From a virus (Duplodnaviria; Caudoviricetes), in IMG/VR virus record IMGVR_UViG_2558860994_000004, positions 16,767 to 80,766 of that record: DNA of 64,000 nucleotides; one strand, 5' to 3'. This document shows, piece after piece, positions 8,360-18,203 of the stretch; position 1 is the stretch's first letter; the number at the start of each line of letters is the position of its first letter. The position numbers and the translations under genes were made by a program. The notes under the pieces are model-generated. The model was not told where the DNA came from, made no database searches, and saw nothing but the letters and a program-made list of their open reading frames with translations.

Positions 8360-10351
8360 ATGGCGTTAAAACCCCTAAAAGACATACCTGAATGGTGGGA
8401 GCTGTGTGTACGCTACCGCTATGACATTTATGCTTTCGCGGTTGAGGCGCTGGGCATTACGCCCACATGGCAACAAGAACTACTATTTGAATCTGTCCAG
8501 TTTGATGGTAGCCGTACATCGGTTGCGTCAGGTCACGGCTGTTTTGGTAAAGGCACCAAAATCCGGCTGTTTAACGGCAAATGGAAGCGCGTTGAAAAAA
8601 TAACAATAGATGATCAGATCATGGGTAGCGATGGGATATCGCCCCGTGAGATCACCCATGTTGTGCGCGGCCAGCAGGAACTGTACCGCTTTAATTATGC
8701 CAATGGCGTCAGTCACGTTTATAACCGGTCACATATTTTGTGCCTGGTGTCGCTAGAAACAAAGAACGGCTGGAAAGCTGGCGACAAAATGGAAGTGCTA
8801 GTGTCCAAATGGCTCACATGGCCGGAAGATACCAAGCGCCAGTTTGCGGCCTACCAACTCAAGCATAAAAAATATCAGCCTGTTGCCATCACCAGTGCCA
8901 CGGCCTTAGGCGTAGGGGATTACTACGGCTTCGTGCTGGACGGTGACGCCACGTTTCTAGGCGCTGATGGCATGCTGCTACACAACACCGGTAAAACCGC
9001 CAGTGCGGGCATTGTGGCGCTCTGGCACCTACTGTTCTTTGATGAATCCATCATGATGTTTACTGCCCCGCAAATCGGGCAGCTGAAAAAACAAGTCTGG
9101 AAAGAAATCAGTATCAACCTGAGCCGCCTTAAAAGCGGCCCTTTGGCATGGCTGGCAGAATATGTCGGCTATCAGACTGAAATGGTCTACGTTAAAGGCT
9201 ATAAGGAAAAATGGCACGTCTTTGCCAAAACCGCACCGAAGCACCAGCCAACCAACTTGGCGGGGAACCATGGCGATAACTACATGGTGTGGGGTGATGA
9301 GGCCAGCGGTATTCCAGATGAAGTCTGGGACGTGGTACTGGGTGCATTAACGCATGCCGACAACCGGGCGGTGATGACATCACAGCCGACCCGTAACGCT
9401 GGCATGTTCTATGAAACACACCATGGCTTAAGTCACCGCTCAGACGGTATATGGATGGCGCTGACCTTTAATGGTGAAGAGTCGCCGCTTGTATCTGAGC
9501 AATCCCTTGAAGAGCAGCGCCAGAAATACGGCAGCCGTGATGATGCCCAGTACAAAATTCGTGTGCTCGGTGAATTTCCTGATTTAGCCGATGAATTTTT
9601 GATTACCAAGCGTATGTCAGAAGATATGTACGTTGGTAGCTCAATTTTTGAAGAGATTCACCAGTTTGGCTATGTGATTACCGTAGACGTCGGCGGCGGC
9701 GTGGGTCGGGATGATTCGGTTATTTGTGTGGGCAAGGTCTGGGGTGAAGATCAGTGGGGCGAGCGGGCAAGGCGGGTTGAAGTTGAAAAAATCCCGCTGT
9801 GTAAAAACAAGGACAATATTACTGAACTGTTTGGCATTATTAGTGAGCTGCTGGAAAATTATTCCAATGCTTTACTTGTGGTCGATGATAACGGCGCAGG
9901 TAAGGGTCTTGGCCAGTTGTTGCAACAGCATGGCATCTATTATTTGCCTGTGTATTGGGGCGGTGGCTGCTTTAACGAGGATAACCGCAAAGAGTATTAC
10001 AACAAGCGGGCGCTGGCCTATGTGTGCCTAAAACGTGCCATTGAGCATGGCCGATTCAAGATTAAAACCAACAAGTACAAAGTAAAGCTGCAAAACCAGA
10101 TTATTAAAATTCCCTATGGCTTTGATGAGCATTCACGCTACAAGCTGCTGGGTAAGGATGAAATGAAGCGTAAGGGTATCAAGTCGCCGGATATGGGCGA
10201 CGCGCTGGCGTTTTTCTTTCTTGAGAATGTGCATTACACCGAAGCGTACGAGAAAGCCGCGCTGGATGTGGATACACCAGAAGGACAGGAACAGGCCGCT
10301 AAAGCATCACGTTTTGAGCGATTAAGGCAGGCCGCACAAGAGCAATTATAA
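8360..10351 (+). CDS. terL: Terminase large subunit (P1 PacB-like) interrupted by an intein
   Basis: Walker A ASGHG/TGKT split by the intein; Walker B VWGDEASG; nuclease ITVDVGGGVGRDDS and SPDMGDALA. Confidence 0.9.
   Translation: MALKPLKDIPEWWELCVRYRYDIYAFAVEALGITPTWQQELLFESVQFDGSRTSVASGHGCFGKGTKIRLFNGKWKRVEKITIDDQIMGSDGISPREITHVVRGQQELYRFNYANGVSHVYNRSHILCLVSLETKNGWKAGDKMEVLVSKWLTWPEDTKRQFAAYQLKHKKYQPVAITSATALGVGDYYGFVLDGDATFLGADGMLLHNTGKTASAGIVALWHLLFFDESIMMFTAPQIGQLKKQVWKEISINLSRLKSGPLAWLAEYVGYQTEMVYVKGYKEKWHVFAKTAPKHQPTNLAGNHGDNYMVWGDEASGIPDEVWDVVLGALTHADNRAVMTSQPTRNAGMFYETHHGLSHRSDGIWMALTFNGEESPLVSEQSLEEQRQKYGSRDDAQYKIRVLGEFPDLADEFLITKRMSEDMYVGSSIFEEIHQFGYVITVDVGGGVGRDDSVICVGKVWGEDQWGERARRVEVEKIPLCKNKDNITELFGIISELLENYSNALLVVDDNGAGKGLGQLLQQHGIYYLPVYWGGGCFNEDNRKEYYNKRALAYVCLKRAIEHGRFKIKTNKYKVKLQNQIIKIPYGFDEHSRYKLLGKDEMKRKGIKSPDMGDALAFFFLENVHYTEAYEKAALDVDTPEGQEQAAKASRFERLRQAAQEQL
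8540..8986 (+). other. Mini-intein (149 aa, Hint domain only)
   Basis: Starts CFGKGT, ends YYGFVLDGDATF..LLHN, followed by Thr; too short for a homing endonuclease. Confidence 0.9.
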
Positions 10352-10445
10352 AAATATCCAATATGTAATTATAAATTTTAACATTAATTTACAATCAATC
10401 AGATTTTAAGGTAAATTGGTCTATAAATCTTTAATGGACATAAGT

Positions 10446-11009
10446 ATGGAATATGGACTGAGAACCCACAACTATTGTGCGTTTTATGTGGCTGAACCTT
10501 TTAACCCTTGCGCGTTAGGGGCATTCGCTACACATGATTTCTGTCATTATCAGATGTTAAAAGCATGGAAAGGAAAGGATACCACTTTCCCCTTCAGCGA
10601 TGCTCATGCTGCAACATATAGTGTGCGAGATAGTAGTGATTGGGAATCTACGCTCAAGCCTAGACTACGAAACAGACTACGCTTATCTAAAAATATTATC
10701 TTATTTTTGAGTGACTTTACTGGTAATTCAAGAGCTTTAAGAGAAGAGATTGACTATGGAATAAATACTCTAGGTCTACCCGTTATCATAATTTATCCTG
10801 AATTTGATAATATTGATAAAATTGTTGATAAGAATAATACTTTTAGATTAGCTGTGAAAAACTTATGGGCAAAATTACCAATTCTTAGAGATTCAATGCA
10901 TAAAGTACCAACATTACATTTACCTATGAAGAAAGAAACTATTAAAGATGGATTAAGTAATAGAATGTTTATGATTAACTCTAAAGGCTCACCTGCAAAA
11001 TATATTTAA
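10446..11009 (+). CDS. thsB: Thoeris ThsB-like TIR-domain protein (ORF track starts at 10416)
   Basis: DAH..YSVRDSS..LKPRLR.RL..SKNIILFLS..SRALREEIDYG TIR pattern; low GC. Confidence 0.85.
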   Translation: MEYGLRTHNYCAFYVAEPFNPCALGAFATHDFCHYQMLKAWKGKDTTFPFSDAHAATYSVRDSSDWESTLKPRLRNRLRLSKNIILFLSDFTGNSRALREEIDYGINTLGLPVIIIYPEFDNIDKIVDKNNTFRLAVKNLWAKLPILRDSMHKVPTLHLPMKKETIKDGLSNRMFMINSKGSPAKYI

Positions 11010-11020
11010 GAAGTTCACTT

Positions 11021-11860
11021 ATGGAAAATAAAGTTAAATTTTACGATAAAAAATTAATTGACGAGTTTTTGGTAAGAATTAGTACGATAAGTACGATTTT
11101 ATCCTTGGTGCTTATATTTATTTCAATTCCTGAGCAAATTAAAATTGCTTTTGGTGGAATATTTATTTTAGTTTTAATATTTATATATCAAAGAAGCTGG
11201 AGGGAAGCTAATGCTTTAAAAGATATTACTGTAAAAATTGATGAAAGTGATGTTAATATTAAAGTTGGTGATCTATTTAAAGAACCTGATTATAAAGTTA
11301 TAAGTTTTAATGAATATTTTGATACAGTAGTTGATGAGGTCTTAGTTAATGAGAGGTCTATTAATGGTATCTTTCTTAAAGAACATATAAGAATATCAAT
11401 AGATGAATTAGATAATAAAATCAAAAATTATCCATTTGAGCAAAACGAAATAATTGGTAGTAATCAAAACCGTCCTTATGGAAAGAAAACTAAATATAAA
11501 ATCGGAACGATATTTGTTTTTGAGGATTATATTTTAACCGCTTTTTCAAAGTTTGATGAGCATAATAGAGCTTACCTAACGATGCCTGAATACCTTGAAT
11601 TTTTAATAAATTTCTGGGATAAGGTTAATAAGGTATATGCACAAAAAAGTGTATCAGTACCTATATTTGGTTCTGGTATTACACGAATTAAGGAACATAA
11701 AAACATAAGTGATGAGGAATTACTTAAGATTATGATCTGGACTTTTAAAATTAGTGAAATGCGCTTTAAGTATCCTGCTAAGTTGTCCATAATTATTCAT
11801 AATGCAAAAATTAATCAAATTAATTTATTGGAAATCAAAAACACTGCAAATAGTCTTTAG
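11021..11860 (+). CDS. thsA: Type II Thoeris ThsA: two TM helices plus Macro domain
   Basis: Two N-terminal hydrophobic segments; IKVGDLF..KVISFNEYFDT..VPIFGSGITR macro-type motifs; adjacent to TIR gene. Confidence 0.85.
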   Translation: MENKVKFYDKKLIDEFLVRISTISTILSLVLIFISIPEQIKIAFGGIFILVLIFIYQRSWREANALKDITVKIDESDVNIKVGDLFKEPDYKVISFNEYFDTVVDEVLVNERSINGIFLKEHIRISIDELDNKIKNYPFEQNEIIGSNQNRPYGKKTKYKIGTIFVFEDYILTAFSKFDEHNRAYLTMPEYLEFLINFWDKVNKVYAQKSVSVPIFGSGITRIKEHKNISDEELLKIMIWTFKISEMRFKYPAKLSIIIHNAKINQINLLEIKNTANSL

Positions 11861-11876
11861 ATTTAATTATTACTTA

Positions 11877-11917
11877 TGGAACCTGCCTAAATCCTTGTGT
11901 TTGGGTGGTTCTATCAT
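11877..11917 (+). promoter_or_regulatory. Putative late promoter
   Basis: TGGAACC at 11877, TATCAT at 11912. Confidence 0.7.
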
Positions 11918-11943
11918 TGCCATAGTGAATAAATGGGTGAGCT

Positions 11944-13275
11944 ATGGCAATTCTTCAATTCTACTTAACCGATGTTGGCCGTAATGCTGGAATTGATGCA
12001 GAAAATCTTGACCTGCATGTATCATTGAGCCATATCGCGGTCGGTTCAGCTAAATACAATGGGGCAACCGCTGCCAATACAAAAACCGCCCTGACCAACG
12101 AATTGGCCCGTTATCCCTTAAATGGTGGTGGCGTTGATGCCACATCCCATACCTTACGTTTTGTTGTCAATATTGAAGCAACGATTACTGCCGATATCTT
12201 TGAGGTGGGTTTATATACCAATACTGGTGTGTTGTTTGCGGTTGCTGCTGTAACCGGCAATAGTCCATTGATTCAGCTGGTCACTAATATCGTGACCATC
12301 GTCACCATCGGCCTGACATTTGTAGATGTGGATTTTAGCAACATCCAGATCATGATTGACCCGAATACCCCTGTTGCTATTGCTCTGATGAATCAGCATC
12401 TGGCCCATCAAAACCCTCATCCCCAGTATGCCAAAAAGCTGGATTTTGATAATCATGTTGCTCAAAACGCATTTGAGCATAACAACCTTACCGCATTGAT
12501 CGCAGCAGAGGCACAAGCGCGTGCTAATGCTGATGCAGCTGAAGCCCAGGCGCGTGGCAATGCGGATAATGCATTAGAAGATGATATTTATGCATTATCA
12601 GTATCGACGGAAAATGCACTTGAGCAAGAACGACAAATTCGCGCGACTGCAATTCAAAATGAAATCAATGAGCGTGCAGCGGCAGTTTGGGAAGCAATTC
12701 GGCAGCAAAGTGTTTTTATCGCAAAATATCTGAACAATACTGAGCCGTATCTGACAAGTGAAGGTTCAGCATCAGGTACTTTTAACCATAATGTGATTGG
12801 CTATGAACTCTCTCTCGGAAGCTGTTTAAATAACCCCTATATCAATGTGGTTAACCCTTCACCCAACTACAATGTTGGGGGTATCACATTTGGCAATAAC
12901 AATAATAAAACCGGCTTTATGCTCAAGCTCAGTGGGTTCATTCAGTTTGGGTGCTTTGCAGAACAAGGTGATACCAGCTGGTCGGGATTAAGTGTTGCAT
13001 TAAGTTTCTATGATGAACACAACAATCTTCTTGCTGAAGTACCTTTAAATCTGGCTCAAGTCGCAGGCGGCTGGCCAAATAACTCTAATGTTGGCCACAC
13101 GACATACCGCTTCGACAATGGATATGACCTTTATTCATTATTTAAGCCAAACGGTTTTACACCGAATGATTTAAGACTTGCCTTAAGAGTTGCGGTATCT
13201 GTTAATTCGGATGGTGGTAGCCCGGCGCGTTCCATTTTAACCGTTGAAAAATTTGCGGTACGGTGCGTGCAATGA
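11944..13275 (+). CDS. Tail fibre protein
   Basis: N-terminal LTDVGR..LSHIAVGS..EVGLYTNTGVLFAV baseplate-attachment domain, HLAHQNPHPQY motif, coiled coil, variable C-terminus. Confidence 0.8.
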   Translation: MAILQFYLTDVGRNAGIDAENLDLHVSLSHIAVGSAKYNGATAANTKTALTNELARYPLNGGGVDATSHTLRFVVNIEATITADIFEVGLYTNTGVLFAVAAVTGNSPLIQLVTNIVTIVTIGLTFVDVDFSNIQIMIDPNTPVAIALMNQHLAHQNPHPQYAKKLDFDNHVAQNAFEHNNLTALIAAEAQARANADAAEAQARGNADNALEDDIYALSVSTENALEQERQIRATAIQNEINERAAAVWEAIRQQSVFIAKYLNNTEPYLTSEGSASGTFNHNVIGYELSLGSCLNNPYINVVNPSPNYNVGGITFGNNNNKTGFMLKLSGFIQFGCFAEQGDTSWSGLSVALSFYDEHNNLLAEVPLNLAQVAGGWPNNSNVGHTTYRFDNGYDLYSLFKPNGFTPNDLRLALRVAVSVNSDGGSPARSILTVEKFAVRCVQ

Positions 13276-13547
13276 TCAATGATTATTTAAATGCCGTACG
13301 CAACCGCATTGAGCAGCTTAAGCGGCAGGGGGATGCCAGTAAGCTCATTGTCTGGGATGTGCAGCCCGATGAGTCTATCCAGCCCGGATTGCTCAGTTAT
13401 CGGGTATATGGCACGGAAGAGCATACCAATGTGGTTAATGTGGCTTGTGGTGTGTCGGGTGTATGGGAAGTACTACCACAACAGCGAATCGCCTTACTGC
13501 AACCTGCTGAATTAATGGCACTGCGCCGTGAATATCTGGAGGAATAA
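13272..13547 (+). CDS. Baseplate/tail protein X-like small protein
   Basis: WDVQPDE..LLSYRVYG LysM-like tail X pattern. Confidence 0.6.
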   Translation: MINDYLNAVRNRIEQLKRQGDASKLIVWDVQPDESIQPGLLSYRVYGTEEHTNVVNVACGVSGVWEVLPQQRIALLQPAELMALRREYLEE

Positions 13548-13549
13548 CA

Positions 13550-14665
13550 GTGGCTAGTCCAGATGACATCAGGCGCGCGCAAAAGCAGCTTTTAGAGTCC
13601 ATCAAACGTGGTGCACGCCGTGATGTACGCTCACGCCGGGGTGCTGATACGCGCCAGCGGGCACAGGCAGAAAAAGAAGTCGAATATGACGACAGTGGTC
13701 GCAAGATTCCAAAGCCCATGTTTTTGCGTCCGGCAGATATTGCACAGGGCGAAAATTACGATGTAGAGCGGGTCTTATACACCACTTTAGGGCAAGGCAA
13801 GGGCGAGGCGCCGCGCCGCATTACCCGTGATGACATCTTGGCATTTCAGGAAAATATCCTGCTGCTGAAAGACCAGTACAGCAAAGGGATTACCCCGCAA
13901 AGTGTTATCAATCTGAGTCGTCAGGAAGATATAGACCGGGCTAATGAAGAAATTCACACGGTTGTCCCTGTTAGCCGCGAGTCAGGTTTAATTCATTTTG
14001 TCACCAATGCCGGGCCACACAGTAAAGTCGTTAATCACCATGTGGAAGTGGAGTTTTCTAACTTCAAATCTGTGGTTTTTAACATTCATAAAGAAGCGGT
14101 GAGTACCGTTAAAAACCGATTGGCGTATGGGAATTTAAAGTTTGAATGTGATTGTGGTCGGCATACCTTCTGGTATCGCTATATGGCAACTATTGGCGGT
14201 TATGGCCTAGGTCGGCAAGAGGGCGGCTTTCCCAAAGTCCGTAACCCGCATTTGTCGGGTGTGGCCTGCAAGCACGTCCTGCGCGTGATGCAATGGATTA
14301 TCTCACCTTTTGGCATCCAGTATCTTAAAAAACAGGTAGAGGCAGACCGGACAAAGCAGCTGGGTGCCCGTACCAAGCCAACGACAAAACAAACCAAGGA
14401 AATACTGGAACAGCAGGCCAATGGCGCCAAGCCCATCAAGGCCAATTTGCAGCATGCCGAGCGCGAAATGATGCGCCGTGCTGAGAAAGTGGCCAAGCAA
14501 ATGTATGCCAAACAGCTCAAGGAATTACGTGCATTAACCAAGGAATTTAACACCATGGCTGAACGCCAGGTCATGCAAAGTGCTGCCCGGCGTTTAGATC
14601 AATTGTTATCTGATGGCGTCATTAGCCAGCAGCAATATGAAATTTTTAAACGAGGGACCCAATAA
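13550..14665 (+). CDS. P1-like morphogenesis protein with SWIM-like Cys/His motif
   Basis: FECDCGRHTFWYRYMAT..FPKVRNP..GVACKHVL recalled from a P1 late protein; GTG start. Confidence 0.65.
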   Translation: MASPDDIRRAQKQLLESIKRGARRDVRSRRGADTRQRAQAEKEVEYDDSGRKIPKPMFLRPADIAQGENYDVERVLYTTLGQGKGEAPRRITRDDILAFQENILLLKDQYSKGITPQSVINLSRQEDIDRANEEIHTVVPVSRESGLIHFVTNAGPHSKVVNHHVEVEFSNFKSVVFNIHKEAVSTVKNRLAYGNLKFECDCGRHTFWYRYMATIGGYGLGRQEGGFPKVRNPHLSGVACKHVLRVMQWIISPFGIQYLKKQVEADRTKQLGARTKPTTKQTKEILEQQANGAKPIKANLQHAEREMMRRAEKVAKQMYAKQLKELRALTKEFNTMAERQVMQSAARRLDQLLSDGVISQQQYEIFKRGTQ

Positions 14666-15552
14666 TGCTTAATTCAGCAGTCAACCGGGTTGCCAATGGC
14701 CGTCGCATGGCCGCGCGCCGTGTGGTGATGACCGCGGTTTCTGGTATTCCGGCACAGGTCTGGCGTAAGCGCGTGGTTTACAACAACACGGCCAATCAGG
14801 ATGTGCCAGCGGATCCACTGTCATTTGAAGCCAATGCTGTATCGGTGTCTGATGAGCCGAACTATGCCTACGATCATTTGGGCTTTGCCTATGTGCTGGC
14901 AGACCGGTTTAACGGTGGGGCCATCCATAAAAACAAAAGCATGGTCAATCCATCGGACTTAACTATTTTTGCGCAAATTGAACTGTATGACGAAAATTTG
15001 CCAAGCAAGAGTGAGCAAATCAAGCAAATACCCACGTCACTAACTTTGAATGAAGGTGATTTGCTGGGCTTGATGATTTATGCCGGGTTTATGGTCTGGT
15101 TTGAGATTGTCGGTATGACAGGCCAGACGTTAATGGCTGATTTTGGCACAAAGTACGTGCTAAACCGCCGTGATGAACTGGGCATGCCGCCGGTCAATGG
15201 TGAAGTAGTAGAGCGTGCTGTTATCAGCTGTGGCGAGTTGATTCAACTGGAACGTGGCGAAATATTGGCGCTGTCCGTGCAGTTTAATAATGAAGCGGAC
15301 AATGAGCCTATCGCTATTACTTCTGACATGCTGATCACTGCAACAGTAAGCACGGCCAATAAACAGCTTATTGCGACGTTGCAGGCCACACCAGATAGCG
15401 ACCAGGTAAACAGCAAGGGCGAGGTGCTATTAGAGAGCCTGACAACAACGCAGGATTGGCCGCTGGGCAATGTTCAGCTTGATATTGTCTTAAAACAGAG
15501 TGATGTGGTTCTGGGTGAGCAGGTCATGTTTTTTAAGGTAGTGGATGAATGA
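14665..15552 (+). CDS. Phage structural protein (hypothetical)
   Basis: 295 aa, coupled in late operon. Confidence 0.65.
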   Translation: MLNSAVNRVANGRRMAARRVVMTAVSGIPAQVWRKRVVYNNTANQDVPADPLSFEANAVSVSDEPNYAYDHLGFAYVLADRFNGGAIHKNKSMVNPSDLTIFAQIELYDENLPSKSEQIKQIPTSLTLNEGDLLGLMIYAGFMVWFEIVGMTGQTLMADFGTKYVLNRRDELGMPPVNGEVVERAVISCGELIQLERGEILALSVQFNNEADNEPIAITSDMLITATVSTANKQLIATLQATPDSDQVNSKGEVLLESLTTTQDWPLGNVQLDIVLKQSDVVLGEQVMFFKVVDE

Positions 15553-15758
15553 CAGTTAAAGCAACGATCAACCTGACGCCACCACCACGCTGGGGCAAGA
15601 TTAAAGGCATTCTGACAGATCAACCGGATTTAAAAGCTGCCCTTGATGCAATTCATACTGAGATTGATGAGCAGCGTGACGAGCTGACAGTTTTAAATAA
15701 CGCGCTCAATGATTCAACGGATTTTGTTGGCCTGATTAATGCCACCATGGAGATTTAA
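15549..15758 (+). CDS. Small fibre-associated protein
   Basis: WGKIKGILTDQPDLKAALD motif common in phage fibre genes. Confidence 0.6.
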   Translation: MTVKATINLTPPPRWGKIKGILTDQPDLKAALDAIHTEIDEQRDELTVLNNALNDSTDFVGLINATMEI

Positions 15759-15761
15759 TAA

Positions 15762-16259
15762 ATGGCTACTTTACCGGAACTAACCGCAGCAGGGATGGTA
15801 CGCCTTGTTCAGTTACTTAAAGGTGTACGGGATGATTTAAAAGGCAAGATGGGCGACCCCGTAAACCTGAACACCAGCACTAAGGCAAACTTGGTTGCTG
15901 CGATTAATGAGGTCCATGCTGGACTAACAGGTTTATCGCAAATTGATGATAATGCTTCGTCCAGTAGTAAGACTTATTCCAGTGATAAGATTCTGGCGTT
16001 ATTGAATCAAACCAAAGCCGATATTATCAATGGGGCAAATCCTGAAAGTGATACCTTAAAAGAATTACAGGATGCCATTTTAGCAGTAGCACAGGCCGAT
16101 GCAGGACTGGTTAGTGCAATGGCTGCACAGAGTTTTACAGCCGCCCAGCAAGCGCAGGCTCGTACAAATATTGGTGCTGCATCAGCTGCGGATATAGGTG
16201 ATATCACTGGCGTAGATTTTGTGGCCACGATTAATACGGCATTTGCCAGTGGTGCCTAA
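15762..16259 (+). CDS. Phage head/tail fibre-like protein
   Basis: KANLVAAINEV..IDD..KTYSSDKI..DTLKEL..QQAQARTNIGA pattern. Confidence 0.7.
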   Translation: MATLPELTAAGMVRLVQLLKGVRDDLKGKMGDPVNLNTSTKANLVAAINEVHAGLTGLSQIDDNASSSSKTYSSDKILALLNQTKADIINGANPESDTLKELQDAILAVAQADAGLVSAMAAQSFTAAQQAQARTNIGAASAADIGDITGVDFVATINTAFASGA

Positions 16260-16261
16260 TC

Positions 16262-16825
16262 ATGAACCTTATCCAGTTAGTTCAGGCAGGGTTTACCAGG
16301 GCTGGGGAAATCTCAAAAAGCCTGCAACAAGCTATTGCGCTTAAGCAAGACAAACTGCCTACCAATGGTGCGGCAGGACAGTTTTTAGCAAATGATTTGA
16401 CTTGGAAAACACCTGCCAGTGGTGGCAGTTCCAATATTACTTGGGAAACTATTGCTGTAATGACGGGTTGGACTTCTGGTTTCAAAACAGATAACACATG
16501 GCCTTTACAATTAGGGAAAGATACTTCAGGACGAATCTATATTCGGGGTGCTTTAAGAAACACGAGTGGTAACGGTAACACAAACCCATTTCTGACTATT
16601 CCTACAGCCTATAAACTTAAAGGACTAGAGAATCTTAATGGGACTTATCCTTTATCCTGTTTAGTTTATAGTGATAATTTTGGCAACTTTTCAACATCAG
16701 CCGCACCTTATATTAAATACGTAATGTCTAGTGGCGTTGCAACCTTAGTAGGTAGTACTAGCGCTACCAATAATTACGGCTATGTATTCCCTGAGCAATG
16801 CTTGGGTTTTGCAGCTAATCCCTAG
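16262..16825 (+). CDS. Fibre-like protein with variable beta-rich C-terminus
   Basis: GAAGQFLANDLTWKTP linker then lower-GC C-terminal domain. Confidence 0.65.
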   Translation: MNLIQLVQAGFTRAGEISKSLQQAIALKQDKLPTNGAAGQFLANDLTWKTPASGGSSNITWETIAVMTGWTSGFKTDNTWPLQLGKDTSGRIYIRGALRNTSGNGNTNPFLTIPTAYKLKGLENLNGTYPLSCLVYSDNFGNFSTSAAPYIKYVMSSGVATLVGSTSATNNYGYVFPEQCLGFAANP

Positions 16826-16834
16826 GAGTAATAC

Positions 16835-17284
16835 ATGGATTTTCAAAATAAGTTTTGTGATGAGTTGCTAACCAAAATTGCTGACGCAGGTTACAAGATA
16901 GACCCAAGTGGAATTGATACTCTTATTTATGACGAAGTCGCAGTGCAGGCCATCATTGATAACTTTGAAATGCCAATGCCTGACTTAGAACCACGTCAAT
17001 TTAAACTAATGGTTGCTGGGGTTGGGCTTGTCCCCCTCATTAAAGCCGCCTTGGACATCATTGCTTTGGCTACTACAGATGAAGGTAGAGAGATGTTTAA
17101 GTCTGCTTATTCCCAATATGAAGGGGGAACAGTTTATTTTTGGGACAAATCTTTATTTGAATGGCGACGTTTATCCCCAATGTTTGAAATTCTGTATACA
17201 GATGTTTATGGGGATAATGCTCCACCTTTTACCTTAAACGAAGATGATTTGAGGGAAGCATGGATAGCAGCAAGCACACTTTAA
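16835..17284 (+). CDS. Putative tail fibre assembly/chaperone protein
   Basis: 149 aa acidic ORF directly after fibre genes. Confidence 0.55.
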   Translation: MDFQNKFCDELLTKIADAGYKIDPSGIDTLIYDEVAVQAIIDNFEMPMPDLEPRQFKLMVAGVGLVPLIKAALDIIALATTDEGREMFKSAYSQYEGGTVYFWDKSLFEWRRLSPMFEILYTDVYGDNAPPFTLNEDDLREAWIAASTL

Positions 17285-17631
17285 GACCTAGCTATAAAGA
17301 TGCAACACCGGAACAGCTTGCCAAAATCTGCAATGGTGTCGGGCCATCATGGGCACCCGCACCGATACGCAAAGCCATGACTATGCTGTCAGACTGGTTT
17401 TTTAATTCTGCCAGCTGGCAACACCATGACTTTGGCTACTACATTGGGTGCACCGAAGAAGAACGGGCAGAGTATGACCGTAAATTCTTTGAGGCCATGC
17501 TCATTGATTGCCGCCAATTACCCTGGCATAAAAAAGCCAATGGCTACAGCCTCTCATGCTGTTTTTATGCCAGTGTCCGGGTATTTGGCCGTGCCAGTTT
17601 TTACTATGGCCAAGACTATCAGCCGCTATAA
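17260..17631 (+). CDS. Phospholipase A2-like / DUF1353-like phage protein
   Basis: CNGVGP..WQHHDFGY..RAEYDRKFFEAM..FYASVRVFG pattern; start uncertain. Confidence 0.6.
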   Translation: MDSSKHTLRPSYKDATPEQLAKICNGVGPSWAPAPIRKAMTMLSDWFFNSASWQHHDFGYYIGCTEEERAEYDRKFFEAMLIDCRQLPWHKKANGYSLSCCFYASVRVFGRASFYYGQDYQPL

Positions 17632-17690
17632 TCAACTCACCAGATGAGCTGAATAATCCATTTATTCGACTCATTACTTATTCTGATCGC

Positions 17691-17731
17691 TGGAACCTGC
17701 TGCCTGAGCATGTCTGCTGTAACTGCATAAT
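17691..17731 (+). promoter_or_regulatory. Putative late promoter
   Basis: TGGAACC at 17691, CATAAT at 17726. Confidence 0.75.
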
Positions 17732-17759
17732 AACCATACTTAATACAGGTAGAACAGTA

Positions 17760-18062
17760 ATGGCTTTTTTAATTTTTAATACAACCGGTAAAAATATAGG
17801 CGATAAAGCAGTCGCAACTGAATGCACGTCTGCTATTTTTAATTACCAGGTGATTGGCGCCGGGGCAGTGGTTGAGTTTTCCGGCAGTAATAAACCGGAT
17901 GCCGATATCGACAATGATGCACACTGGGAACCGATTGTCACGGTTACAGCTGGGGTTCCTGATGATGTGCCATACCGTCAACATACCTGGGATAATATTC
18001 GTTATGTGGTCACTGCAGGGAATAACGTGGAAATTTATGTGTCCAGCGGTGTGAGTGGCTAA
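17760..18062 (+). CDS. Small beta-rich virion protein (100 aa; ORF track over-extends to 17556)
   Basis: ATG at 17760 just downstream of the promoter box. Confidence 0.7.
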   Translation: MAFLIFNTTGKNIGDKAVATECTSAIFNYQVIGAGAVVEFSGSNKPDADIDNDAHWEPIVTVTAGVPDDVPYRQHTWDNIRYVVTAGNNVEIYVSSGVSG

Positions 18063-18077
18063 TTAAACCAGGTGAAC

Positions 18078-18103
18078 AAAAGGCGCATAACAGCGCCTTT
18101 TTT
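18078..18103 (+). terminator. Intrinsic terminator
   Basis: AAAAGGCGC-ataaca-GCGCCTTTTTT. Confidence 0.75.
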
Positions 18104-18117
18104 ATGCCTGATGCAAT

Positions 18118-18158
18118 TGGAACCAGCCTCATTTAGCGTTTTTTGGCTATGTCATTCT
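18118..18158 (+). promoter_or_regulatory. Putative late promoter for major capsid gene
   Basis: TGGAACC at 18118, CATTCT at 18153. Confidence 0.7.
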
Positions 18159-18203
18159 GCATTCATTGAGTTAAAGCCAACATCGGCAAAAGGTGAATGT
18201 AAA

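Noticed and set aside
11944-17284. P1-style invertible tail-fibre segment
   Set aside because: All fibre genes are on one strand; no Cin-like invertase or flanking inverted cix-like repeats seen
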